A stretch of 32,000 bases of DNA from Candidatus Helarchaeota ASGARD archaeon Hel_GB_B (GTDB lineage: Archaea > Asgardarchaeota > Lokiarchaeia > Helarchaeales > HEL-GB-B). How positions within the stretch are numbered: position 1 is the stretch's first letter; the number at the start of each line of letters is the position of its first letter. The translations under genes were made by a program, and so were the position numbers. The notes beneath the pieces were generated by a model. It was not told the DNA's origin and searched no databases. It saw only the letters and a program-made list of their open reading frames with translations. This document shows positions 9,376 to 18,909 of this stretch, in pieces. The DNA lies in contig SUPR01000002.1 in NCBI GenBank assembly GCA_005191425.1, positions 30,001-62,000 of the forward strand, in the 5' to 3' direction.

Positions 9376-10716
9376 ATGGCTGAACCAGAAATAACTGAAG
9401 AAACAATTTCCAAAAGTATGGAAGTTACAGATAAAATGGAATTCATCTATAAATATAAAACTGAAGGACTTGAAAAAACATTAAAATATATACCAAATTT
9501 ATGTACTGGATGCGGAATTTGTGTGGATATATGTCCTGTTGAAGCAATTGAATTAGGGCCTATAACTGAAATAGCGACTGGTGAAATTGATGCTCCTTAT
9601 ATTCTAATTGACCAAAATAAATGTGAATATTGTGGAATTTGTACTCTCTGCCCATTAAATGCAATAGAATTTTCTTTTGACGAATTAAATATTAAAGACA
9701 GTGACGATTACCCAAAATTTGCGAGGTCTCACTTTCTTGATGAAGATAAATGTGTTAAATGTTTTTTATGCGAAGAAACTTGTCCACGAGAGGCAATCGA
9801 AGCGCAAATTACTGTAAAGAAAAAAGATGAACTTGTAATATATCCAGAAGGTGTATCTTTTAAAGATTTGAAAATAGAAGGGGATATTAAAATTGACTAT
9901 GAAAAATGTACATATTGCAAATTGTGTGATAAATTATGTGATGCTTTAGAAATTGTTCCTGGAAACCAATCACCATTAAATATCTACGCTGGAAAACGAA
10001 TTGAAATTTATTTAAGTGAATGCGACTATTGCGGATTATGTGAAAAAATTTGTCCGGTAGATGCAATAAAAGTAAATTGCAATACACAAGTTGAACGAGA
10101 AATAAAAGATATTTCAGTTGAAGGTAAAATTATAGTCGATGAAGAAAAATGTATTTATTGTAATTGGTGTGGAAATGTCTGTTTTGTAGATGCAATAAAA
10201 GTCGAAAAAGAATTTGAGGGAGAAATTACTTTACAGCGACTAGAATTTTGTGACCCATTAGGGTGTCAGGCATGTATCAAAATTTGCCCAACAAAATCTT
10301 GGTATATACCTCAAGAAAAATCCGAAAAGATAGCGGTAGATGAAAAATTCTGTATTTATTGTGGTTCATGTGAATTGGCATGCCCTGAAAATTGTATAAT
10401 CGTGGACAGAAATGTTGTAAAATACAAAGAATTTAATCAGAATACACCTTGGGCTAATTCTTGGCTTAAAGCATTAAAAATAATCGAAGAATCAAAAAAA
10501 GTTGAGATGGAATTAAAGTCAATCCCTATTGAACAAAAAGAAGAGGTTAAAAAGACCACAAAAAAGATTGAAAAAATACCTCAAGTAGCACCAGAAATCT
10601 GGGAAAAATTCCAGGCGAAATTAAATAATTTAAATGAAATTTTAGGTAAAGCCCCTGTGAGATATTATATGGAAGGTAAAAAAGAAAAAAAGCCCAAAAT
10701 TTTGACCCAGAATTAA
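9376..10716 (+). CDS. Polyferredoxin, FwdF/FmdF-like (8 x 4Fe-4S motifs)
   Basis: I counted eight CxxCxxCxxxC-type motifs (two are variants). The gene lies 10 nt downstream of hdrA with GAGGT upstream of its start. Confidence 0.85.
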   Translation: MAEPEITEETISKSMEVTDKMEFIYKYKTEGLEKTLKYIPNLCTGCGICVDICPVEAIELGPITEIATGEIDAPYILIDQNKCEYCGICTLCPLNAIEFSFDELNIKDSDDYPKFARSHFLDEDKCVKCFLCEETCPREAIEAQITVKKKDELVIYPEGVSFKDLKIEGDIKIDYEKCTYCKLCDKLCDALEIVPGNQSPLNIYAGKRIEIYLSECDYCGLCEKICPVDAIKVNCNTQVEREIKDISVEGKIIVDEEKCIYCNWCGNVCFVDAIKVEKEFEGEITLQRLEFCDPLGCQACIKICPTKSWYIPQEKSEKIAVDEKFCIYCGSCELACPENCIIVDRNVVKYKEFNQNTPWANSWLKALKIIEESKKVEMELKSIPIEQKEEVKKTTKKIEKIPQVAPEIWEKFQAKLNNLNEILGKAPVRYYMEGKKEKKPKILTQN

Positions 10717-10730
10717 TTTGTTGATCTCTT

Positions 10731-11249
10731 ATGGCAAATGATGGTGAATATTGTTTTAACCACTGCAATGGATATTGTTGTACAAAATACACCGTATTAA
10801 TCACTACTGAAGATATTAAAAGAATATTGGAAAATACACCCTTAAAACCCACACAATTTTTAACATTATATTATGTAAACGAAGAAATTTTAAAGTTATT
10901 CCCTAAAATTACCTTGGCATCTGAAGATATTGTATTGGGCTTACGGCAAAGACCAGATGGGTCTTGTATTTTTTATTTAAAAGAGCTGGGTTTATGTGGA
11001 ATTCACCTCTATAAACCAATGGTCTGTCGAACATATCCATTTACATTGAATGATAAGGGTCAATTAATAAGACTTGAAAATATTTGCCCTGGAGAATGGT
11101 ACCCAAAAAATATTGAGGACTTAAAAGACCAAATTCGGCAAGCATGGTATGAAATGGAAATAAATAAAAAGAAAATAGAAATGTGGAATAAAAAAAATTC
11201 TGACCTAGGTTTTAATGATCTAATTAAATTTATTTTAAAAGATATCTGA
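10731..11249 (+). CDS. YkgJ/UPF0153 family cysteine-cluster protein
   Basis: CFNHCNGYCC, C.FY....CGIH..KP.VCRTYPF and a final CP motif. Confidence 0.85.
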   Translation: MANDGEYCFNHCNGYCCTKYTVLITTEDIKRILENTPLKPTQFLTLYYVNEEILKLFPKITLASEDIVLGLRQRPDGSCIFYLKELGLCGIHLYKPMVCRTYPFTLNDKGQLIRLENICPGEWYPKNIEDLKDQIRQAWYEMEINKKKIEMWNKKNSDLGFNDLIKFILKDI

Positions 11250-11298
11250 AAAAAATTAGTATACACAATTGTATAAATATTTTAATCTTTAAGATTTG

Positions 11299-11553
11299 TT
11301 ATACTAATAATTCTCGTTTATATTTTTCAGTTAATTCAATTCTGTTTTTATTTTTTACAATTCTACTTACATAAATTATTCCTAGAATTTCTAATTTAAA
11401 AAGAATTTGTTGTAGATCTTTCATTGTCATAAATTTATATTCATTTTTTAGTAAATTCAATAATTCTTGGTCTGTTATAACTCCTTTATTTTTTAATAAA
11501 GCAAAAATTATCGAATCTTTGATTGGTGTTGGGTTCCATAATCCATTATTCAT
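11299..11553 (-). CDS. Small winged-helix-like protein downstream of cdc48
   Basis: 84 aa; helix-helix-helix then ILFKLEILGIIYVSR..NRIEL wing pattern; 36 nt downstream of cdc48 on the same strand. Confidence 0.7.
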   Translation of the reverse strand: MNNGLWNPTPIKDSIIFALLKNKGVITDQELLNLLKNEYKFMTMKDLQQILFKLEILGIIYVSRIVKNKNRIELTEKYKRELLV

Positions 11554-11589
11554 AATTGGGCCTCCTTTTAATGTTTATATTTGAATAAA

Positions 11590-13776
11590 TTATGTATATG
11601 GCATGTGTTTTTGAGGTCCGACTATCTGTCTAAACTGACTTTCCATATTGTCATAAAACCTCTTCATTTCTGGAGTAATAGTCGGGTGTATTTTTTTCAT
11701 TGCCTTTTTAAAATGTTTTAATGAAACTTTTTTAGCTTTTATGTCCTCTCTTAATGCAATTAGCCCAGCCTCATCACAGCAACCTTCGATATCACTTCCT
11801 GCAAACCCTTCCATTTCATGGGCTAAATCTTCAAGATTTACATCGTCATCAAGTGGCATTTCTTTTGTATATATTTTTAGTATTTCTAATCTTGCTTTTT
11901 CATCAGGTGCATCGACTTTAATTAATCTATCAATTCTTCCAGGTCTAATTAATGCTGGATCTATAATGTCCAATCTATTAGTTGCTGCAACAATAACTAC
12001 ATCTCTTGATAAAGTTTCTAATCCATCTAATTCAGTTAAAAGTTGAGAAATTACTCTGGTCGTGACATTTGAATCTCCAAACATCATTCCGCGTTTAGGC
12101 GTAATTGCATCAATTTCATCAAAAAATATTATTGCAGGTGATGCCATTCTAGCTTTTCTAAAAATTTCTCGAATAGCTTTTTCTGACTCTCCTACCCATT
12201 TACTTAATACTTCTGGGCCTTTAACACTAATAAAATTAGCTTCACTTTCGCTTGCTATTGCGCGGGCAAGTAACGTTTTTCCACACCCTGGTGGGCCAAA
12301 TAGAAGTATTCCGCGAGGCGGTTTAATACCCATTCTCCCAAATACTTCAGGTTGTTGTAAGGGCCATTGGACTGCTTCGATTAATTCTTGTTTAACCTCT
12401 TCAAGTCCTCCTATATCTCTCCAATGAACATTTGGGACTTCAATTAAAACTTCTCGAATTGCGGATGGTGCAATTTCTTTTAGAGCACTTCTAAAATCTT
12501 CCATATTTACAAAAATTTTTTCTAAAATATCTGGAGGTATTTCCTCCTCATCAAGGTCTATTTCAGGTAAAAACCGTCGGAGCGCTTTCATAGCTGCTTC
12601 TCTACATAATGACATTAAATCTGCGCCAACAAAACCATGAGTCAGGTCAGCCATTTCGTTTAAATCGACATCTTCTCTTAAAGGCATACCTCTAGTATGA
12701 ATTTGTAATATTTCTAATCTACCATTTCTGTCTGGAACTCCAATTTCTATTTCTCTATCAAACCGTCCGGGCCGTCTTAAAGCTGGGTCAAGAGCATTTG
12801 GTCTATTTGTAGCTCCAATAACGACAACTTTACCTCTGGTACGTAGCCCGTCCATTAGCGCCAACAACTGAGCGACGACTCGTCTCTCGACTTCTCCTGT
12901 CACTTCTTCACGCTTAGGGGCTATAGCATCAAGTTCGTCAACAAAAATTATACTAGGCGCATTTTTTTCAGCCTCATCAAATATACTTCTCAATCGTTTT
13001 TCAGACTCACCATAAAATTTACTCATTATTTCGGGCCCATTAATGGGAATAAAATGAGCTTCTGATTCATTTGCAACAGCTCTTACGAGTAAGGTTTTAC
13101 CACAGCCTGGCGGGCCACGGAGTAAAACTCCTTTTGGTGGATCTATACCTAATCTCTTAAATAATTCTGGATGTTTGAGCGGCAATTCGACCATTTCACG
13201 AATTCTCTGAATTTTATCGTCTAACCCGCCAATATCCTCATATGTAATAATTGGTATTCCTGTAGTCATTTCATCCATAGGTCGATCACTTACATGTAAG
13301 ATAGTTGTGTTTTTTACAACTACAATTCCTCTAGGCCTAGTTGATACAATCTGAAATGGTACTTCACGGCTAATACCAATTGAAATTAAAATAGTATCTC
13401 CTTTTGTAAGTGGATAATTAAGTAATTTACGTTTAACAAAGCTTTCGACATAAGGATCAGCTCTAATTCTCACAGAAGTTGGGGCAAGGATCACGGATCT
13501 AGCAGTTTTTTCATTGGCTTTTTCTATTATTATTTTTTCCCCCAAACTGACACCTGCATTTTTTCTCAATCGCCCGTCCATCCTTATTATTCCTCTTCCT
13601 TTATCTTCAGGAAATGCTGGCCATGATATCGCAGCTGTTGTTCTTTTACCTGTTATTGCTACAATATCACCTGTCCTTATATTTAATTGCTTCATTGTAT
13701 CTCCATCAATCCTAACAATTGATCTTCCAACATCTCTCTGTTTAGCTTCTGCTACTCGAAGTTCAAATTTCTCCAT
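11590..13776 (-). CDS. cdc48: CDC48/VCP/p97 family AAA+ ATPase
   Basis: N-domain [19 protein letters not shown], two GPPGCGKT Walker A motifs, DELD/DEID Walker B and RPGRFD SRH. ATG 13776 is preferred over TTG 13788. Confidence 0.97.
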   Translation of the reverse strand: MEKFELRVAEAKQRDVGRSIVRIDGDTMKQLNIRTGDIVAITGKRTTAAISWPAFPEDKGRGIIRMDGRLRKNAGVSLGEKIIIEKANEKTARSVILAPTSVRIRADPYVESFVKRKLLNYPLTKGDTILISIGISREVPFQIVSTRPRGIVVVKNTTILHVSDRPMDEMTTGIPIITYEDIGGLDDKIQRIREMVELPLKHPELFKRLGIDPPKGVLLRGPPGCGKTLLVRAVANESEAHFIPINGPEIMSKFYGESEKRLRSIFDEAEKNAPSIIFVDELDAIAPKREEVTGEVERRVVAQLLALMDGLRTRGKVVVIGATNRPNALDPALRRPGRFDREIEIGVPDRNGRLEILQIHTRGMPLREDVDLNEMADLTHGFVGADLMSLCREAAMKALRRFLPEIDLDEEEIPPDILEKIFVNMEDFRSALKEIAPSAIREVLIEVPNVHWRDIGGLEEVKQELIEAVQWPLQQPEVFGRMGIKPPRGILLFGPPGCGKTLLARAIASESEANFISVKGPEVLSKWVGESEKAIREIFRKARMASPAIIFFDEIDAITPKRGMMFGDSNVTTRVISQLLTELDGLETLSRDVVIVAATNRLDIIDPALIRPGRIDRLIKVDAPDEKARLEILKIYTKEMPLDDDVNLEDLAHEMEGFAGSDIEGCCDEAGLIALREDIKAKKVSLKHFKKAMKKIHPTITPEMKRFYDNMESQFRQIVGPQKHMPYT

Positions 13777-13861
13777 TTTTATTCCCAATATTGTTATTAA
13801 TATTTAAATTTTTAATTAATTTAAAAAATTGGCTCTTTTTTATTGAAATTAAGGAGTTCAT

Positions 13862-14182
13862 TTAAATTTTATTAGTCCTAAACCTAATATTATTATCTTT
13901 TTCAATTTCATGTATAATTGGTTCTAACTCATCAGATGGAAAATTTTTATCACATCTCACTAAATCTTCTTTAATTAATTCAATTAAATTTCTTATATTT
14001 ACCACATCAAATTTTACATCTGTAATAATAAGACTAACTATATGCCCATTTTTATCAAGGTGGACTTCCACGTTATGTTCGTTTCTGTCCTCAATTTTTG
14101 AAAATAACATTTTAGTTATAGGATTATCATTTAAAATTATATGCAAAATTTCTCCGCGGATGATAATATTCATTTTTTTCAT
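13862..14182 (-). CDS. Hypothetical protein (weak DUF2283-like segment)
   Basis: 106-aa ORF with GGAG upstream; VHLDKNGHIVSLII resembles the DUF2283 motif. Confidence 0.55.
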   Translation of the reverse strand: MKKMNIIIRGEILHIILNDNPITKMLFSKIEDRNEHNVEVHLDKNGHIVSLIITDVKFDVVNIRNLIELIKEDLVRCDKNFPSDELEPIIHEIEKDNNIRFRTNKI

Positions 14183-14338
14183 TGGACTCCTTAACCATCA
14201 TTTGTCTTAAATAAATTCAAGTATAATTATGTTTTATATTATAAAAATCTAAACATTTTATAAATATTATATTTGTTTAGATTATTGGTAATAATTCGTA
14301 TATAAAAAGTTTATAGAAAAAGTGAGAAAGACATAAAA

Positions 14339-15565
14339 TTGAATAAAAATTCATGTGATATTATTATAATTGGAGCTGGACCTTCAGGTTGTATAGCTGC
14401 TAGAGAAATTAAAAAGTATAACAAAAAAATAAGTGTCCTAATATTAGAGGAACATTCTAATATAGGAGAGCCAATGCAGTGTGCCGGTCTAATAAGTATT
14501 GATGGCTTCAAAAAATTAGGTATTAACCCCCCAAAAGAATGTATTTTAAATATTATTTATGGTGCACGGTTCTATTCTCCAAGTAATAAGTCTTTTAGTA
14601 TTAAAGTAGATAAACCAATGGCTTATGTTATCGATAGAAGAATTTTTGACAAATATTTAGCAGAACAGGCTATTAAAAGTGGTGTTAAGCTAAAATTGGG
14701 CCATAAGGTGTCAAAAATAATTGTCCCGCATGAAAATGAATATGTAAAAATTCATGGAACAAAAAACAACGAAAAATTTGAAATATCGTCAAAAATTGTC
14801 CTCGATGCCGAAGGAATAAAAGGTAATATTCTTCGTCAATGTGGGTTTCAACCACCTTCTAAAATAATTCCAGCCATTCAAATTGAGATGGAAAATATCA
14901 AAATTAATGATAAGGAAATAGTAGAATTGTATTTTGGCCGAAACATTTCTCCAGGGTTCTTTGCTTATCTTATACCTACATCTAAAAATTCTGCTCGTAT
15001 TGAAGCGGCATCAAATAATGGAAATCCATATAATTATCTTGTAAAATTTTTAAAAACACACCGCGGGATAAATGAGCGCATTAAAAACGCAAATATAGTC
15101 GAAGTAATTGGCGGTGGAATAATAACTAGTGGACCAGTTAAAAAAACACATTCTAATAACATGATGTTAATTGGTGATTCTGCTGGTCATGTAAAAGCAA
15201 CTACCGGTGGCGGAGTTATAATGGGTGGATTATGCTCAAAAATAGCAGCTAAAATTGCAGCCCAGTCCATATTGCAAGACAATTTTTCTTCTAAAATGAT
15301 GCATCAATATGAAAAATTATGGCGGAAAAAATATGGAAACGAATTTTTTACTATGAACATGGTCAGAACGTTAATTGATTCAATACCTGACCCAATTATT
15401 GATGAACTTTTTGATACTATTGATAAATATAAAATAACCAAAATCATCGAATCCTATGGTGATATGGATTTCCAATCAGAGGTAATTAAAAGAGTAATAT
15501 TTTCAAAAAAAATGCCTCTTCTTCTTGTTTCATTAATTTTTGGTCTGTTTAAACACATTTTTTAG
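14339..15565 (+). CDS. Geranylgeranyl reductase family protein (archaeal lipid saturation)
   Basis: DIIIIGAGPSG FAD motif, PMQCAG, DRRIFDKYL, LIGDSAGHVKATTGGG; TTG start. Confidence 0.92.
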   Translation: MNKNSCDIIIIGAGPSGCIAAREIKKYNKKISVLILEEHSNIGEPMQCAGLISIDGFKKLGINPPKECILNIIYGARFYSPSNKSFSIKVDKPMAYVIDRRIFDKYLAEQAIKSGVKLKLGHKVSKIIVPHENEYVKIHGTKNNEKFEISSKIVLDAEGIKGNILRQCGFQPPSKIIPAIQIEMENIKINDKEIVELYFGRNISPGFFAYLIPTSKNSARIEAASNNGNPYNYLVKFLKTHRGINERIKNANIVEVIGGGIITSGPVKKTHSNNMMLIGDSAGHVKATTGGGVIMGGLCSKIAAKIAAQSILQDNFSSKMMHQYEKLWRKKYGNEFFTMNMVRTLIDSIPDPIIDELFDTIDKYKITKIIESYGDMDFQSEVIKRVIFSKKMPLLLVSLIFGLFKHIF

Positions 15566-15636
15566 CATCTATAAAAACATTAAAATTTATAAATTATAAT
15601 GTGATTTATCAAAACAAAAATTGAGGTATTAATGTA

Positions 15637-15822
15637 ATGGCTGAATCAGAACTAATCAAAACACCTATTTGCACTTGTTGTAATAGAATAATAAGCCCTA
15701 ATGAAGATGCTATTAAATTTGTGTGCCCAGAATGTGGCGATATAATAATCTGGCGTTGTGAAATGTGTAGAAAATTTTCCAGACCATATAGATGCGCAAA
15801 ATGTGATTTTATAGGGCCTTAA
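15637..15822 (+). CDS. DUF1610/HVO_2753-family zinc-ribbon protein
   Basis: CTCC..FVCPECG..IWRCEMCRK..YRCAKCDFIGP; sits upstream of EF-1beta, a conserved archaeal arrangement. Confidence 0.92.
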   Translation: MAESELIKTPICTCCNRIISPNEDAIKFVCPECGDIIIWRCEMCRKFSRPYRCAKCDFIGP

Positions 15823-15866
15823 ATCTTGTTTTAAAATTAAATACAAATTTGTAGGTGGATCTTTAG

Positions 15867-16139
15867 ATGAGTAAAAAAGTAATGGTACAATTAAAAGTCC
15901 TTCCCGAAGATATAGACACTGATTTAGAGGAATTATTGAAAAAGATTGGGACAATCCTTCCCGAAGATATTGGTATCTACAAATATGATATTCAACCAGT
16001 TGCATTTGGGCTAAAAGTCCTAAAACTTACTGTATTTATGCCAGAGAATAAAGAGGGTGGACCTGACTCTGCAGTAGAATTAATTGAAAAATTAGAGGAC
16101 GTCCAGAGAGTAGAAATAGGACTTGTAAGCTTAATTTAA
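15867..16139 (+). CDS. ef1b: Translation elongation factor 1-beta
   Basis: LKVLPED..DLE..QPVAFGLK.L..VQRVEI motifs. Confidence 0.95.
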   Translation: MSKKVMVQLKVLPEDIDTDLEELLKKIGTILPEDIGIYKYDIQPVAFGLKVLKLTVFMPENKEGGPDSAVELIEKLEDVQRVEIGLVSLI

Positions 16140-16168
16140 CCTATGTATTTATTTTAATAATTTGAAAA

Positions 16169-17425
16169 TTAAATTATATTTTTAATAAAAGTTATCTCTC
16201 TTCTATCTAATTCATAAAATTTTTTTAAATATTCGCTTTGGGGAGATCTCTTCTTAAGAATTAAGGCAATAAATGGAAGATGTTTTGTGATAATTTCCTC
16301 AGGACTACTCTTTAACTTCTTTCTAATTTTATTTACAATGTTCATTAATTCCCCTGATCTTGATGCATACATTTTATTTAAGAAATTACTGGGCGAATAC
16401 CTAAAATATTGAACAAAATGGGACTTATTCTCGTTTTTAATTGGTAGTGAAACGCCTGAAGAAATTATATCTATAAAATATGGTAGCATTGACCATGATA
16501 TTTTCTCTGGATTGCTTGCAATTGCGTTATAAATTAAATCAGCTTTTGATAATGCTTTATATGACTTAAATAGCGTTCGCGAGGAAACTTTATGATATGG
16601 GAGAATTTCATTTACCCAATGTAAAAGTAGTCCCCAATCAATGTCTAGCATTGAAACTGCTCTATTACATGTTTGAATATCTTTATTTTTAAATATTATA
16701 TTTAAAACTTCAAATATATTTTTCTCAGTATCTCTTACTTGCTGAATCTTTCTTACATCTGACAATGTTAATTTTTTCTTACCTTCACAAACTGCTTGGA
16801 GGTCATTTATTGCAGACCGCAAATCATTATTTACATTAATTGCAATTTCAGTAAGCGCTTTTGGATCGGCTTGTATTTTTTCGGCAATGCAAATTTTCTG
16901 AAGTACCTTTACTATAGTTGGATTTTTTATTTTTTGAAATTTTACGATTTTTATCCCGCTTCTTTTATCTCTTAATGACCTGAACTTTTTGTCATGTACA
17001 TTGTTAGCTGTAAAAATAATTGGAAATTTCGATAATTTAACCATCTTTAACATGGCTGATAATCCCCCCCTATCTTGATTCCCACTTAATCCATCAACCT
17101 CATCTATTAAATATAATTTATTTACTCCCTTTTTAATAGTCCGTGTAGCCAGACTTGGAATAAGTTTTTCTTCAATGCTTTTTTTATTTCTAACATCACT
17201 AGCATTTATTTCAATAACATCAAACCTATTAAGCTTAGCTAATACATTAGTAGATGAGGTCTTTCCACATCCCGGAGGTCCTAATAATAATAGTGCTTTA
17301 ATTTCGTTTTTACTTGACCATTTTGTTAAAAATTCTTTTATAACCTTAACAGCATTAGGATTTCCTACTATATCTGATTCTTTTTTGGGTGCATATTTTA
17401 TTGTCCATAATTCCTTTTCAAGCAT
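16169..17425 (-). CDS. rfcL: Replication factor C large subunit
   Basis: [44 protein letters not shown]; directly downstream of the RFC small subunit. Confidence 0.95.
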   Translation of the reverse strand: MLEKELWTIKYAPKKESDIVGNPNAVKVIKEFLTKWSSKNEIKALLLLGPPGCGKTSSTNVLAKLNRFDVIEINASDVRNKKSIEEKLIPSLATRTIKKGVNKLYLIDEVDGLSGNQDRGGLSAMLKMVKLSKFPIIFTANNVHDKKFRSLRDKRSGIKIVKFQKIKNPTIVKVLQKICIAEKIQADPKALTEIAINVNNDLRSAINDLQAVCEGKKKLTLSDVRKIQQVRDTEKNIFEVLNIIFKNKDIQTCNRAVSMLDIDWGLLLHWVNEILPYHKVSSRTLFKSYKALSKADLIYNAIASNPEKISWSMLPYFIDIISSGVSLPIKNENKSHFVQYFRYSPSNFLNKMYASRSGELMNIVNKIRKKLKSSPEEIITKHLPFIALILKKRSPQSEYLKKFYELDRREITFIKNII

Positions 17426-17440
17426 TATAATTATCGCCTT

Positions 17441-18502
17441 TTAATCTTTAATTCCAAGAGTAGCAAGATATGTTAAGAAAAATGAAAGTTGTAATTCATT
17501 ATTAGATGGAACGCTAATATATGAATCGAATTTTGATATTTCTATAGAAATTTTCTTCTTTAATTCTTCTGTAATAGTTGATTCCATTAAAAATTTATTA
17601 AAAGCTTTTAATATCATTTTTCCTGATAAACTTTTTTTAATAAATAGATTTCTTAAAAAATTCCGCGCATCAACTATATTACCACTTATAGCTAATTTTA
17701 GACATTCCCCAATTTCTTTAATTTCTAGTTTCTTTATCATTTCATATATAAAATTTTCTGTAATTTTTTTCTTATAACAACTTGCTGCTTCTAATATATT
17801 AATTGCAATATTCATATCATTATTAGAATAATAATAAATCAATTTTAAAGCATTTTCAGTGATATTAATTTCCTCTGATTCGCATATATATTTAATTTTA
17901 CTTAAAAATTGTTTTTGACTTAATGGAAATAATTTTAAATTTACACATCTCGACCTAATTGGGTCTATTATATTTGAAACTGAATTTGCCACCAATATAA
18001 ATCTACATATCCTACTATATTTTTCCATAGTCCTCCTTAATGCCTGCTGTATTATTCTTTCTAATTTATCCGCTTCATAGATGATCAAGATTTTGTGGTC
18101 AGCAGAATCTAACGTTTTAGTTTTTGGATAGTTTCTGATAATTGTAAATAATATATCTATTCTACTTGGACTTTTAGACTTGCCGTGTCTTTTTAGACTT
18201 ATTTTGCTAGCCTCTACCCAATATGGCATGTATTCATAGTAGAAATTCTTACTATCTGAAGCAAAAATCTCTTCAATATTCGCTTTATATGTTGTTCCAT
18301 ATAAGTCATGCACCAAACTTGATACTATTGAGGTCTTTCCTTTAGGATGAAAATAACCTACATTTCAAATTCCCGGAGGACCATATAACAACAAGTTCGG
18401 TAAATTTCCGCTTTTTACATATTTTTTAATCTGATTTATTATATGTTCTTGTCCTATAATATTTTCTAATGTATCTGGACGGTATTTTTCTATCCATGAC
18501 AT
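17441..18502 (-). CDS. rfcS: Replication factor C small subunit (RFCS2-like). Two exons, 18502-18369 and 18341-17441; 344 aa after splicing
   Basis: Manual translation from ATG 18502 gives MSWIEKYRPDTLENIIGQEHII..NLPNLLLYGPPGI*NVGYFHPKGKTS. The ORF track shows only the downstream part. Removing 27 nt restores GPPGIGKT. The rest contains ASD, QQALRRTMEKY and IRSRC motifs. Confidence 0.93.
18342..18368 (-). other. Candidate BHB (tRNA-type) intron in RFC small-subunit mRNA, 27 nt: UUGAAAUGUAGGUUAUUUUCAUCCUAA
   Basis: Exon stem GGUC-C-UCC/GGA-AA-GACC; central 4-bp helix GGGA/UCCU; 3-nt bulges AU^U and AA^A; intron stem UGAAA/UUUCA with a 10-nt loop; contains an in-frame UGA. Confidence 0.88.
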
Positions 18503-18909
18503 TTTTTTTACCAAATATATTTATACCTATTTCATTATAAAAAATTATTAAATTATAAAATTTAAATTATCTCCAGTTAAAATAATTTATTTTAAGATTC
18601 CTTTACTTACTAAATTTGATTTGATTATTTATTCGTATAAAAATATTTTTTCTTGGTTAAATATGTCCTTTAAATAAATTTTTTCTTGAATTATCAATCT
18701 TAAATTTTAGCGATCATTATAATTTATGTGTTTAAAAGTTCTTTTTCTTTTACTCCATTAAATTTGTAGTTATAATTAAATTTAAAAATGATAAAAAGAG
18801 AAATTTATAAATATTTTATTGTCAATTATGATACGAAATAATAAGGACATTTTTCACATCATTTTAATTTATAATGATTTAATTAGTAATCTGAGAGGCG
18901 AAAAAAAAT

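Noticed and set aside
18160-18260. The roughly 30-aa in-frame insertion in rfcS as a second intron
   Set aside because: It has no stop codon, I found no BHB fold by eye, and RFCS2-type proteins are known to carry an insertion here.
18365-18367. UGA in rfcS read as selenocysteine or by read-through
   Set aside because: Read-through would leave nine extra residues inside the P-loop between GPPGI and GKT. The BHB explains both the stop and the exact insert length.
18342-18368. Insert as a sequencing/assembly error, pseudogene lesion or mini-intein
   Set aside because: A random error would not give correctly placed complementary helices and bulges. Both exons are otherwise intact. It has a stop codon and no intein C/S..HN termini. 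It still needs read-level confirmation.
18367-18376. 10-nt match between the rfcS junction (aaattcccgg on +) and the tRNA-Ala 3' junction (AAATTCCCGG on -)
   Set aside because: The orientation is antisense relative to the two transcripts, and the match is too short to support intron transfer.
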